Shown here: one piece after another, positions 50,349-59,531 of the stretch
Layout of the letters: each line of letters starts with the position of its first letter
How positions within the stretch are numbered: position 1 is the first letter of the stretch
Origin: an uncultured Candidatus Binatia bacterium
GTDB taxonomy: Bacteria; Desulfobacterota; Binatia; UBA9968; CAXXLF01
DNA length: 64,000 nt
Direction of reading: 5' to 3'
Assembly: GCA_965218425.1 (NCBI GenBank)
Contig: OZ244621.1
Location: 544,001 to 608,000, forward strand
The notes under the pieces: generated by a model
Told to the model about the DNA's origin: nothing
What the model saw: the letters and a program-made list of their open reading frames with translations, nothing else
Database searches by the model: none
Program-made: the position numbers and the translations under genes

Positions 50349-51566
50349 ATGATCAAGGCAAGCGACCTTTCATGGAACGATGTGGTTCGCGTGGGGCCGG
50401 GTACCCTAGGCGGGCAATATCTACGCTCCTTCTGGTGGCCCGTGGCCTTGTCTGATGAGGTGAAAGACATTCCGGTGCCGGTCAAGATATTGGGAGAAGA
50501 GCTCGTGCTGTTCCGAGATCTCTCAGGGCATCTAGTGCTGCTGGACGCCCACTGTCCACACCGCAGAGCCTCGCTGGAGTATGGGAGAATTGAGGATCAA
50601 GGGATTCGGTGCGCCTACCACGGTTGGTACATCAGCCGCCAGGGAACGATCCTAGATCGGCCGGCAGAACCCATCAAGGCAACCGATCAGATCCGCCAGA
50701 ACTGGTACGTGGCCAAGGAGTTGGGCGGCTTTGTCTTCGGCTACCTGGGCCCTGATAAGGAAAGCCCGCCACCTCTTCCCCGGTATGACATCCTGGTACA
50801 GGATGGATTTCGAGTCGCGGAACGCGGAGACACCGAGTTGGGTAAAGCGTACAACTGCAATTGGCTGCAGGGCGTAGAAAACACCACGGACACCACCCAC
50901 CTGGCCTATTTGCATGGGATCTTCGATCGGTGCCCGGTTTTCAAGTCCATTGAGGGAGACTACGGGGTAAAAATCTACATCCTGGACGGGGGAAAAAGCC
51001 CCAACACGGTGCGATTGCGAAAGAGGTCCACGGTGCTCCCAACCATTAATCGAAAGTCCAGGGAGGAAACCGGGGCTAGGTCTACGGGAAGATCCAAGGG
51101 AACCATCCAGCAGGCCATATGGCTCATCCCCATTAACGATACCGAGTGCGGAGAGATGAGGTTGACGGTCTATCCTGAGGAGCCGCCGGAAAAACGGTAT
51201 TACGGAGCAGCCATGGATAAGGCCAAAGGCAGGGAGCGAAAGCCCTACGATCGGCGGTTCTATGGTGACATTCGGGGGAACGTTCCTTTGGAAGACAAGG
51301 CCATGGTGGAAAGCCAAGGACCCATCGTGGATCGAAGCTTGGAGCACACGGGATATGGTGATCGAGTGATTCTAATGCTGCGGAAAATGATCCGTGAGGG
51401 GATTGCCGATGTGGCCAATGGCCGAAGGCCCAAGGGCGTGTTGGAAAAGGAACTGACTCAGATCGATCTGGATATTGGAATTGAAGAGTTTGAGATCAAC
51501 AAATCTCCGGAGGTGGTAAGAGATCTCCTACCGGAACTCCAACACGACCTGAAGGAGGTTGGCTAA
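50349..51566 (+). CDS. Rieske oxygenase alpha subunit (same group)
   Basis: VGPGTLGGQYLRSFWWP, CPHR, CAYHGW, ENTTDTTHLAYLH, ED...ESQGPIVDRSLEH. Confidence 0.9.
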   Translation: MIKASDLSWNDVVRVGPGTLGGQYLRSFWWPVALSDEVKDIPVPVKILGEELVLFRDLSGHLVLLDAHCPHRRASLEYGRIEDQGIRCAYHGWYISRQGTILDRPAEPIKATDQIRQNWYVAKELGGFVFGYLGPDKESPPPLPRYDILVQDGFRVAERGDTELGKAYNCNWLQGVENTTDTTHLAYLHGIFDRCPVFKSIEGDYGVKIYILDGGKSPNTVRLRKRSTVLPTINRKSREETGARSTGRSKGTIQQAIWLIPINDTECGEMRLTVYPEEPPEKRYYGAAMDKAKGRERKPYDRRFYGDIRGNVPLEDKAMVESQGPIVDRSLEHTGYGDRVILMLRKMIREGIADVANGRRPKGVLEKELTQIDLDIGIEEFEINKSPEVVRDLLPELQHDLKEVG

Positions 51567-51593
51567 TTTATTGATCGGCCAACCCCTGCAACT

Positions 51594-52445
51594 ATGATGA
51601 TTCCATCTGAGCACATTGGCTTCATCGGTTTAGGCAATATGGGAGGGGCTATCGCGCTACGTCTATTGCGGGCCGGTTACCGGATGACAGTCCTTGATTT
51701 GGACAATCAAAAGATGGCGCCGCTCCTCAAAGAGGGAGCTTCGCGGGCCTCATCGCCTAAGGAAATAGCCCGGAAATCCAATGTAATTTTAGCTTCGCTG
51801 CAAGCAGATTCCGTAGCAGAAGTGGCCTGTGGTGCCGATGGCATCGCGGCAGGCGGAAAGGCTGGCATGGTTTTCGTGGACCTAAGCAGCACCCCTCCTG
51901 AATTGGCAATCAGGGTCTCCAACGACTTACGGAGTCGAGGGATCGAAATGCTGGATGCACCCGTGAGCGGAGCCGACATCGGCGCCACCAACGGCAACCT
52001 CACCATCTTCGTGGGAGGAAGCTACGAAGCCTACCAACGGTCTCTACCCGTGCTCCAACAGGTGGGGCGCATGGTCACCTACCTTGGAAAGAACGGGAAC
52101 GGACAGTTAGGCAAGCGCATCAATCAAATGATGCAGGCCATGAGTGAGCTGGCGATCCATGAAGGGCTTCAGTTGGCAAAGGAAATGAATTTGCCCCTGA
52201 AAATGTTCGCCCGTGCAGCCTCCGCCGGCTGCGCCCAAACCTGGCGATTGGATGAACTCGTGGATGGCGTGTTTAATCAAGGCGAGACAAAGTACAAACT
52301 CAAGCTTCGCCCAGGTCGGACAGGTACCGCCCTTAAGATGGCAAAGGAAGTGGGGATCACTCTACCCGGGGTCGAGGCTGCACACCGGGTTTTTTCCGAT
52401 CACCAGTGGCGGATCGAGATCGATTTCGAGGAAAAAGACTCCTAG
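51594..52445 (+). CDS. NAD(P)-dependent beta-hydroxyacid dehydrogenase (3-hydroxyisobutyrate DH family)
   Basis: IGFIGLGNMG, LDAPVSG, catalytic-region GKRINQ. Confidence 0.88.
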   Translation: MMIPSEHIGFIGLGNMGGAIALRLLRAGYRMTVLDLDNQKMAPLLKEGASRASSPKEIARKSNVILASLQADSVAEVACGADGIAAGGKAGMVFVDLSSTPPELAIRVSNDLRSRGIEMLDAPVSGADIGATNGNLTIFVGGSYEAYQRSLPVLQQVGRMVTYLGKNGNGQLGKRINQMMQAMSELAIHEGLQLAKEMNLPLKMFARAASAGCAQTWRLDELVDGVFNQGETKYKLKLRPGRTGTALKMAKEVGITLPGVEAAHRVFSDHQWRIEIDFEEKDS

Positions 52446-52455
52446 ATAATTCCGC

Positions 52456-53559
52456 TCAGGCGGATTTTTTTCGGATCCCCTTGAGTACTTCATCCATGTG
52501 GCTAGGGGCGCCGATCTTTGCCAACTCCGCCTCAAAAATCCTACGAATCTCCGGGCTCTCGTCTTCATACTCCAGCTGGCTCCCACCCGCTTTCACGTCT
52601 TCTGAAGTACCAAACTGTTTTTTCAGACCCGGGTATTTTCTGCTGGTAAAGGGCTTCAATGCCAGATAACGAGCGGACTCGGCACCCTTATTAAAGTGCT
52701 GGTGATACCACATCTCGGGAGGGACAAATAGGCTCATGTCGTGCCAGTCGTATCTCTTGAAGTTGTCCCCTTCCGGCCACATCATGGAATACCCTTCCCC
52801 CCTAAGCACGATGACATGGGCGCCGGCACCATGGCGATGGGCTTTCTTGTAGGTGCCCACGGGAAATTCCGATATATGAGCCGACATGACGTTATTGGCG
52901 ATCTCTAGCATGATACCCATGCCCCCTGCACCACGGGCGCTTTGGTCTTTCAATTGGAACGCTTTAACATCCTGAATGAAATTACTTTCCCAGAACCTCT
53001 CTGCGAGAAACTTGCCCTTGCCGCTAAAGAAATCATCCTCGCCGGTGTAACGGTCCTTGAAAACATAACCACAATTAAAAATAAAATCCTGGTTATGAAA
53101 CAGGTTCATCACCGTGGGGGCATCGGTCATGCCCAAGAGTCTTACGGACTGGTCCCCCTGGCCGTTGAAGTGCTGGTATGAGGCGTTTAGTGGAGGCGAA
53201 AAGAGGCTCCCCTCTTGCCACTCAAAGGTTTGCTTTTTTCGTTCGTCCGTCCAAACCGTTGTGGCCCCGCGTCCACTCACAACGAAGACCAGTTCTTCAA
53301 ACATATGCTTTTGCGGCTTGGTTGACTTGCCCGGTGGAATCTCCAGAAGATAGCTATCATTGACCCCTTCGCTCCCCTCCAGATTCAGGTAGGCACCCAT
53401 GGCACCCATCCGCTTCCAGGGAGCCAGTTCCACCTTACGCACGTCCTGGATAAAAAACCCTCCAACAACTGGTAGATTCTCCTCTTGTAGAAATTGGGCA
53501 TAAGCGCTGATGCATCCAAGCTCGTTTCCCCTTACCTGTTCAACTGCTGCAGTCGCCAT
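52456..53559 (-). CDS. Bicupin protein of unknown function (paralog 4)
   Basis: QKHMFEE, YQHFN, KKAHRHGAGAH, WYHQHFN; GGAGGTG RBS. Confidence 0.85.
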   Translation of the reverse strand: MATAAVEQVRGNELGCISAYAQFLQEENLPVVGGFFIQDVRKVELAPWKRMGAMGAYLNLEGSEGVNDSYLLEIPPGKSTKPQKHMFEELVFVVSGRGATTVWTDERKKQTFEWQEGSLFSPPLNASYQHFNGQGDQSVRLLGMTDAPTVMNLFHNQDFIFNCGYVFKDRYTGEDDFFSGKGKFLAERFWESNFIQDVKAFQLKDQSARGAGGMGIMLEIANNVMSAHISEFPVGTYKKAHRHGAGAHVIVLRGEGYSMMWPEGDNFKRYDWHDMSLFVPPEMWYHQHFNKGAESARYLALKPFTSRKYPGLKKQFGTSEDVKAGGSQLEYEDESPEIRRIFEAELAKIGAPSHMDEVLKGIRKKSA

Positions 53560-53604
53560 AGAGCACCTCCGTTGCGCGGACATCTAACAATGATTTAATG
53601 CAAA

Positions 53605-53633
53605 ATGATAGCATAAAGGAATATCGTTCTCAA
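53605..53633 (-). promoter_or_regulatory. Sigma70-type promoter with extended -10 for cupin paralog 4
   Basis: TTGAGA-N17-TATCAT with TG in the extended -10 position. Confidence 0.6.
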
Positions 53634-53990
53634 CCAAACCCTAACCACAAGACGACGCAGGAGAGCTTGGGCTCGCGGGCCTGCCCCTCGGCGGGAGCCG
53701 ATGGGTTTAAACCTCGAGGCCCCGCCCTTTGATTCGGCAGGTCAAATTGGCATGAGCGTACAGCATCGGACGTCTCCCTTCCTTCGGTGCATGCCCCCCC
53801 CCACCCTACACTCGCGAGGCCACGAGGGGAATGAGGATGAAGGGCGTGGGCATCGAATGTGGCGTTTCGAATATCCACTGCCGTATTGCCCACGACCTGA
53901 GGACTCGTTCCCCGAAGAGACTACGCAGGTCCTACCGCAGCGCGATATGTGACGAGTATTGGCCCGAAGGACAAGGACGGAACTGGATTT

Positions 53991-54737
53991 TTAATAGGCG
54001 GGAAGCGATCTGCCGGCATCCAGGGGTAATAGAACGCCGGTGATGTTCCTGGCATCCTGCGAGGTTAAAAACAAAACGGCGGCGCCCACGTCTTCAGGCG
54101 TATGGAGTCTCTTAAGCACCGCGTCCTCCTGAAGCTGCTTGAGCTGCTCCGGTCTCTGCCGGATGGGTGCGGTGAGAGTCGGTCCAACCAGGACCGCATT
54201 GACCCTGATATTTTGATGCCCGTGGTCGGAAGCCATGGCTACCGTAAGGGCGTTCATCGCCGCCTTGCTCGCGGATCGAAGGGCTCGACCTTTAACTCCC
54301 GAGCCGGCAATGGAAGATAGGTTAACGATGGCACCCCCACCCCCATTGGCCATTACGGGGATTGCCGCGCGGGAAAGAGTGATGAGACCTTTGAGATCCG
54401 CTGTCATCTCCTCATCAAAATCTTTTTCCGAGATGTCCATCACCGAGCCCACCACACGCCGAGCGGCCCCGTAGTTCACCAAAATATCGATCCGGCCATA
54501 CTGCCCAACCGTATTTTTGACGATGGATTCCGCATCCTCTGGGCGGCTCACTTCTCCTGCCAATAGCCTGCAGTTTCCTCCCAAGGCCTCGATTGAGCGA
54601 AGGGTCTCCTGCGCCTGCTCCGACGCTTTGTAACATCCAGCAACCTTGGATCCTTCGCGAGCAAGAGCTTCAGCAATGGCCCCCCCTATTTCGGAATCAA
54701 CACCGGTGACCAGGGATACCTTGTTTTCTAATCTCAT
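53991..54737 (-). CDS. SDR family protein with atypical motifs
   Basis: SDR scaffold (LENKVSLVTG, GRIDILVN, IVNLSS, NIRVNAV) with TGVDSEIG, NYGA and RSASK. Confidence 0.85.
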   Translation of the reverse strand: MRLENKVSLVTGVDSEIGGAIAEALAREGSKVAGCYKASEQAQETLRSIEALGGNCRLLAGEVSRPEDAESIVKNTVGQYGRIDILVNYGAARRVVGSVMDISEKDFDEEMTADLKGLITLSRAAIPVMANGGGGAIVNLSSIAGSGVKGRALRSASKAAMNALTVAMASDHGHQNIRVNAVLVGPTLTAPIRQRPEQLKQLQEDAVLKRLHTPEDVGAAVLFLTSQDARNITGVLLPLDAGRSLPAY

Positions 54738-54770
54738 AAGGTTTGTCCTCTTATATGATTGACGTTCACC

Positions 54771-57023
54771 TCAATAGGAGGCCCTTCGCCGGTTGAGAGC
54801 CTCGGCGATCTTTTCGGGTGTAATCGGAGCGTCCATGATTCTCACACCCGTGGCATTGTACACGGCATTGGCTATGGCTGGAGCTATGACACTGATGCCG
54901 CATTCGGCGACTGCCTTGGTACCGAAAGGTCCCGGTCCGGCATTTGCGATCACATGGGACGTGGCCAATCTTGGGACGTCACGAATGTTGGGAATCTTGT
55001 AGTCGCCCAAATGAAGAGTTGTGATCCGACCGTCATCCACCTCCAGGCCTTCCATTAGGCTAAAGCCCACACCTTGCATTATTCCACCGTCGATCTGTCC
55101 CTGATGGATAATGGGGTTTATAATTTTCGTCACGTCAATGACAAAATAGATCCGCTCAGGCCTTACCTGGCCGGTCTCTGAGTCAACTTCCACGTCAACC
55201 ACCACGGCATAGAAAGAATACAGATCGGAGGCCCCATCCTTGCAATATCCAACTCCTTTAAGTGAAGCTTCCCCAGATTGGCCTGCCAGCTCCTGTAGAG
55301 TCAAGAATCTTTTTGTTGAGCCCGTAACCCACGCTCGACCTCTTTCCCACCGCACTCTATCAACCTCAACCTTCCAGATGGCGGCGGCCAAATTACGCAA
55401 CTGGTCGATCATGGACTCGGCAGCCCAGGCTACTGCCCGCCCTTCAATGTGCACTCCCCTCTGCGCTCGTATTCCCTCGTCGTAGACCCCGCCGTCGGTG
55501 CCCTGGAGGTCGATTTGAACCATGTCCGGATCCACGCCCATGGCTTCCGCCGCCACCTGCTTGTGCATCGTGTGGGCACCCACCCCCACATCCCGAACCG
55601 AAGTTACCAATCGCAGGGAGCCATCGGGTTGGAGAAAAAGTTCCGCCGAGGATTCACCCGGTCCAATGTGGTGGTTTCCCATGCTCAAACCACATCCCAT
55701 AAGAACATGGGACCGATCCTTGGACCGACGAGGTTTAGTCTTGCGCCATCGCGTGAGTTCGGCAACTCGCTCGAGAACCTCCCGGCCCTGGGGATCACGC
55801 AGAGGTCGTTCACTGGGCTGACTGTCACCTTCCTGGAGAACGTTGCGCAAGCGGAACTCCAGAGGATCCATCCCCAGCTTCTCCGCCATCATGTCCATGT
55901 GGCTCTCGACGGCAAACAGAGACTGCACCTCTCCTGGCGCTCTAAAATAGCCGCAGGGGACCTGATTGGTGTAGACGATCAATCCCTCCATGCGCACGTG
56001 AGGCGTGCGATAGGAGCCTGCCAGCATGAATGTCCCGGTCATGGCGTTTTGCGGATTACGCGACCCGTAAGCACCCCCGTTGTAGACGATTTGGCCATCC
56101 CAGGCCCACAATCGTCCGTCGCTCTTCACACCGGTACGGAGTTTGACCACACCCGCATGCCGGGGTTCGCCGTCCAAAAGGTCTTCCGAATAATGATTCA
56201 CAACCTTGACCGGCTTACCGGTGGCCCGGGCCAGATAATAGATGTAAAGGACATCGTCGTAGCCCAATTTCCCCCCGAAGGAACCCCCAGTCGATACGGG
56301 ATGGACCACGATCCTCTCTTCGGGGATATCCGTATGGGCGGCTAGCCATCTGCGAACGAGGAAGGGCGCTTGATGGCAATGCCAGACAGAGACCCGGCCC
56401 TGGGAATCCAACTCTACGACGCCGGCTCGAGGTTCAATATAACCCTGATGAACCATCTGGGTGCGGAAGGTATTCTCAAAGATATGGTCCGATTCTTTGA
56501 AACCTTCTTCGATGTTGCCCTTGTTCGACCGGTGAGCGGATCGCACGTTTCGGAACGAAGGCTCTTTGAAAGGACCCTTATAGCTCTCGTAATCGGGATG
56601 GAGAATGGGAGAGTCCGGTGCCATGGCCTCAAAGGGGTCGAATACAGCCGGTAGCTCCTCGTAGTCCACCGCAATGAGCTGCAAAGCCTCCTCGAGGGTT
56701 TCCCGATCCACCGCTGCGACACCCGCCACCTTTTCACCGATATAGCGTACCCGGTCCCTGGCAAATATGGGTTGGTCCCGCAGAGCAAACCCCTCGAGCC
56801 GTTCAGATACATCACCAGCGGTGAGCACCACCGCCACGCCGTTCAGTTTCTGGGCCTTGCTCACATCAACATTCAAGATGCGGGCATGGGGGTATGGACT
56901 CCGCAGGAACCCTCCCCAGAGAGCGCCCGGGCGGTGGATGTCCGCCGAATACCGGCAAGACCCGGTCACTTTACTAACTCCCTCCACACGGGCAATAGCT
57001 TGTCCGAGCACTGTTTTCTTCAT
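54771..57023 (-). CDS. Xanthine dehydrogenase family molybdopterin-binding (large) subunit
   Basis: KVTG, LRSPYPHARI, GGSFGGK, FRAPG, GQIDGG, GPFGTKAVAE, AIANAV. Confidence 0.93.
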   Translation of the reverse strand: MKKTVLGQAIARVEGVSKVTGSCRYSADIHRPGALWGGFLRSPYPHARILNVDVSKAQKLNGVAVVLTAGDVSERLEGFALRDQPIFARDRVRYIGEKVAGVAAVDRETLEEALQLIAVDYEELPAVFDPFEAMAPDSPILHPDYESYKGPFKEPSFRNVRSAHRSNKGNIEEGFKESDHIFENTFRTQMVHQGYIEPRAGVVELDSQGRVSVWHCHQAPFLVRRWLAAHTDIPEERIVVHPVSTGGSFGGKLGYDDVLYIYYLARATGKPVKVVNHYSEDLLDGEPRHAGVVKLRTGVKSDGRLWAWDGQIVYNGGAYGSRNPQNAMTGTFMLAGSYRTPHVRMEGLIVYTNQVPCGYFRAPGEVQSLFAVESHMDMMAEKLGMDPLEFRLRNVLQEGDSQPSERPLRDPQGREVLERVAELTRWRKTKPRRSKDRSHVLMGCGLSMGNHHIGPGESSAELFLQPDGSLRLVTSVRDVGVGAHTMHKQVAAEAMGVDPDMVQIDLQGTDGGVYDEGIRAQRGVHIEGRAVAWAAESMIDQLRNLAAAIWKVEVDRVRWERGRAWVTGSTKRFLTLQELAGQSGEASLKGVGYCKDGASDLYSFYAVVVDVEVDSETGQVRPERIYFVIDVTKIINPIIHQGQIDGGIMQGVGFSLMEGLEVDDGRITTLHLGDYKIPNIRDVPRLATSHVIANAGPGPFGTKAVAECGISVIAPAIANAVYNATGVRIMDAPITPEKIAEALNRRRASY

Positions 57024-57231
57024 TGTCTCATTCCCGCAAGGGATGGTAGCAAACCAGAGTTTCCATGGTCAACGGGAATCTGCTGCAGCTCACGGAAGAA
57101 CAACTAACCTAAAAAAGCATACCTATTTGCCAGGTATAGTCAGATAACCATGTTTCTTGACAAAACCCGGTGACCCAGATAGAAGCACCTTAGTATCACA
57201 TCACTTTCAGATTGACGAAAGGAGACTGTCG

Positions 57232-58317
57232 ATGTTTTACAAACACCTCAGATTTTTCGTTCTGGCCGCACCCCTCTGGCTTGTGGGTCTCAACCAAGCA
57301 CCCACTGCCCACGCATCGGAAGTTAAAAACCTTTTGGAGGCGGCAAAGAAAAACGGTGAGACCAAGTTGAATCTCTCCTGGGGTCAGGTTTCCTTGGGCG
57401 GACCCAAGGGAGCTAAGATGTTCGAGGCCCTTTTTAACCAGATGTATGGCACCGACATCAAGTTGGTCTTTACACCAGGTCCATCCATGCCCCGAATGGC
57501 CGGGAAAATTATCCAGGAAGTAACGGCTGGCCGCAAGCCTTCAACGGACGTATTGATCGGCATGGTGGACCACTATGCAGGACTGGTGGATCGGAACGTA
57601 CTGGAATCGTACCCGTACACCAAGCTGTCTTCACGGATTACGGAGGATCTGATGGCGCCCAAAAACATCGGCGTTGAAGTCTACACCTCCATTCCTGGAA
57701 TCCTCTACAATACCAATCTCGTCTCCCCCGCCGAGGTTCCAAGAAAGAGTCTGACCGGAGTTCTCAAACCAAAATGGAAAGGTAGAATCGCCTCAACCCC
57801 ATATGCAGCTTACTTTGACCGCGTTGCCATGCGACCTGAGTGGAGCATTGAAAGGATGAAAGCCTTCGGAGTCGAACTGTCAAAGTACGTAGGCGGGTTG
57901 CTGCGCGTCGGCGAAGACCAGCGTATCGGCAGCGGTGAATTTGCTTTGTTCGTCATGGCCCCCTTCCAGGGTGCACTCAAACACCAGTCCAGAGGTGCCC
58001 CCTTGGGTTTTGTAATTCCCGAGGATAGCGCCACCGTCAATTTTGCACATCTTGGGGTCCCCCGCAACGCTGTTGCGCCTAACCTGGCCAAGCTTTTCAT
58101 CAACATGGTGGTAAGCAAACAGGGGCAGAAAATCATCTACAAGACCTATTACACCGATCATCACAAGCTAGCAGGCTCCCAGTCGGCCGAAGCATTAAAA
58201 AAGGTAAAATCCGCAAGAGCAAGCATCATGGAGATCAACGCCCAATTTGTCTACGATCACCCCGAAATGAAGAAGCTTCAACGCGCATTTTCAAAAATAC
58301 TCAGGAAGAAGAATTAA
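57232..58317 (+). CDS. ABC substrate-binding protein
   Basis: Signal peptide, YNTNLV, PKWKGRIASTPY, APNLAKLF. Confidence 0.88.
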   Translation: MFYKHLRFFVLAAPLWLVGLNQAPTAHASEVKNLLEAAKKNGETKLNLSWGQVSLGGPKGAKMFEALFNQMYGTDIKLVFTPGPSMPRMAGKIIQEVTAGRKPSTDVLIGMVDHYAGLVDRNVLESYPYTKLSSRITEDLMAPKNIGVEVYTSIPGILYNTNLVSPAEVPRKSLTGVLKPKWKGRIASTPYAAYFDRVAMRPEWSIERMKAFGVELSKYVGGLLRVGEDQRIGSGEFALFVMAPFQGALKHQSRGAPLGFVIPEDSATVNFAHLGVPRNAVAPNLAKLFINMVVSKQGQKIIYKTYYTDHHKLAGSQSAEALKKVKSARASIMEINAQFVYDHPEMKKLQRAFSKILRKKN

Positions 58318-58406
58318 CCAGACCCATAAGCTCATCAATGTCCATTCAGAAACTATGCTTGCGGCCCACACGGGCCCCAAGTCTCAAAAGGGGAAGGAGA
58401 CCGAAG

Positions 58407-59489
58407 ATGACTAGACTGCAACTTTCGCTGATTTTCACCGCTTTTACGTTACTGGCGGCAGGCCTTCAGGTATCGAACGCCGCGGCTTCGGAAGTCCAGC
58501 GCCTCTTGGCGGCTGCGAAGGAGAAAGGTGAGACAGTTCTCAACGTCTCTTGGGGCGCGCAATCCATGGGCGGCAGCAAGGGCGCCAAAAGGTTCGAGGC
58601 CCTCTTCAATCGAATGTATGGTACCAACATCAAGGTTAACTTTACCCCCGGACCGTCAATGCCGCGCTTGGTGGGCAAAGTAACCCAGGAAGTGGCCGCC
58701 GGTAACCAGGCCTCCACGGACGTGTTGCTGGGAACCGAATCACACTATGGTTCGCTCATGAAAAGATCCGTGCTGGAGCAATACGACTATAGAAAATTGT
58801 CCCCGCGTATCACGGACGAGGTCATGGCTCCCAACAATATCGGCGTCGAAGTCGCCACGTTCATCTCCGGCATCGTCCATAACACAAAATTGGTCCCACC
58901 ATCGGAGGCGCCAAAAAAACTCGAGGATACGCTGAATCCCAAGTGGAAGGGGAAAATTGCCTCCACCCCCTATGCGGCCCAATTCGACCGGGTGGCCCTG
59001 CTTCCTGGCTGGGGGGACGAAAAGATGAAGACCTATATTACCAAGCTCTCGACGAACGTCGGAGGCTTGATTCGCTGCGGTGAACTTTCACGTATCACCA
59101 GCGGCGAGTTCGTGATGATGGTCATGGGCTGCGGCAGCTACGCTGTACGTTTGGAGCAGGCCAGGGGCGCGCCCGTGGGCCATGTCATCTTGCAAGACGG
59201 CGGCACCATATCCTTCTTCTACTGGGGAGTCCCGCGCAATGCCGCCGCCCCAAATCTGGCAAAGCTTCTTATCAACATGGCCTTGAGCAAAGAGGGTCAA
59301 AAGGTGGTTTATAAGAATTATGCCACGGATCACCACGCGTTGCCCGGTTCGCAATGGGCGGCGGAGCTGAAAGAGTACAAGGCTAGGGGAATTCCCATCT
59401 TAGAAGTGGATGCCCAATACATCGCCGACCATCCCGAGCAACGCAAGCTCGGTCGGGCGCTATCCAAGATACTCAGGAAAAAGCGTTGA
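58407..59489 (+). CDS. ABC substrate-binding protein (tandem paralog)
   Basis: Signal peptide, PKWKGKIASTPY, APNLAKLL; closely similar to the upstream gene. Confidence 0.88.
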   Translation: MTRLQLSLIFTAFTLLAAGLQVSNAAASEVQRLLAAAKEKGETVLNVSWGAQSMGGSKGAKRFEALFNRMYGTNIKVNFTPGPSMPRLVGKVTQEVAAGNQASTDVLLGTESHYGSLMKRSVLEQYDYRKLSPRITDEVMAPNNIGVEVATFISGIVHNTKLVPPSEAPKKLEDTLNPKWKGKIASTPYAAQFDRVALLPGWGDEKMKTYITKLSTNVGGLIRCGELSRITSGEFVMMVMGCGSYAVRLEQARGAPVGHVILQDGGTISFFYWGVPRNAAAPNLAKLLINMALSKEGQKVVYKNYATDHHALPGSQWAAELKEYKARGIPILEVDAQYIADHPEQRKLGRALSKILRKKR

Positions 59490-59531
59490 GGCTGAGACAT
59501 ATCTCTACCGTGTAGAGCGGGGCATGAGACC

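Noticed and set aside
53655..53722. Glycine riboswitch-like words (GGAGAG...GCCGATGG...CTCGAGGC)
   Set aside because: The match is poor and no plus-strand gene lies downstream.
53831..54043. Tyrosine recombinase remnant based on HDLR
   Set aside because: A four-residue match with no other catalytic motifs is insufficient.
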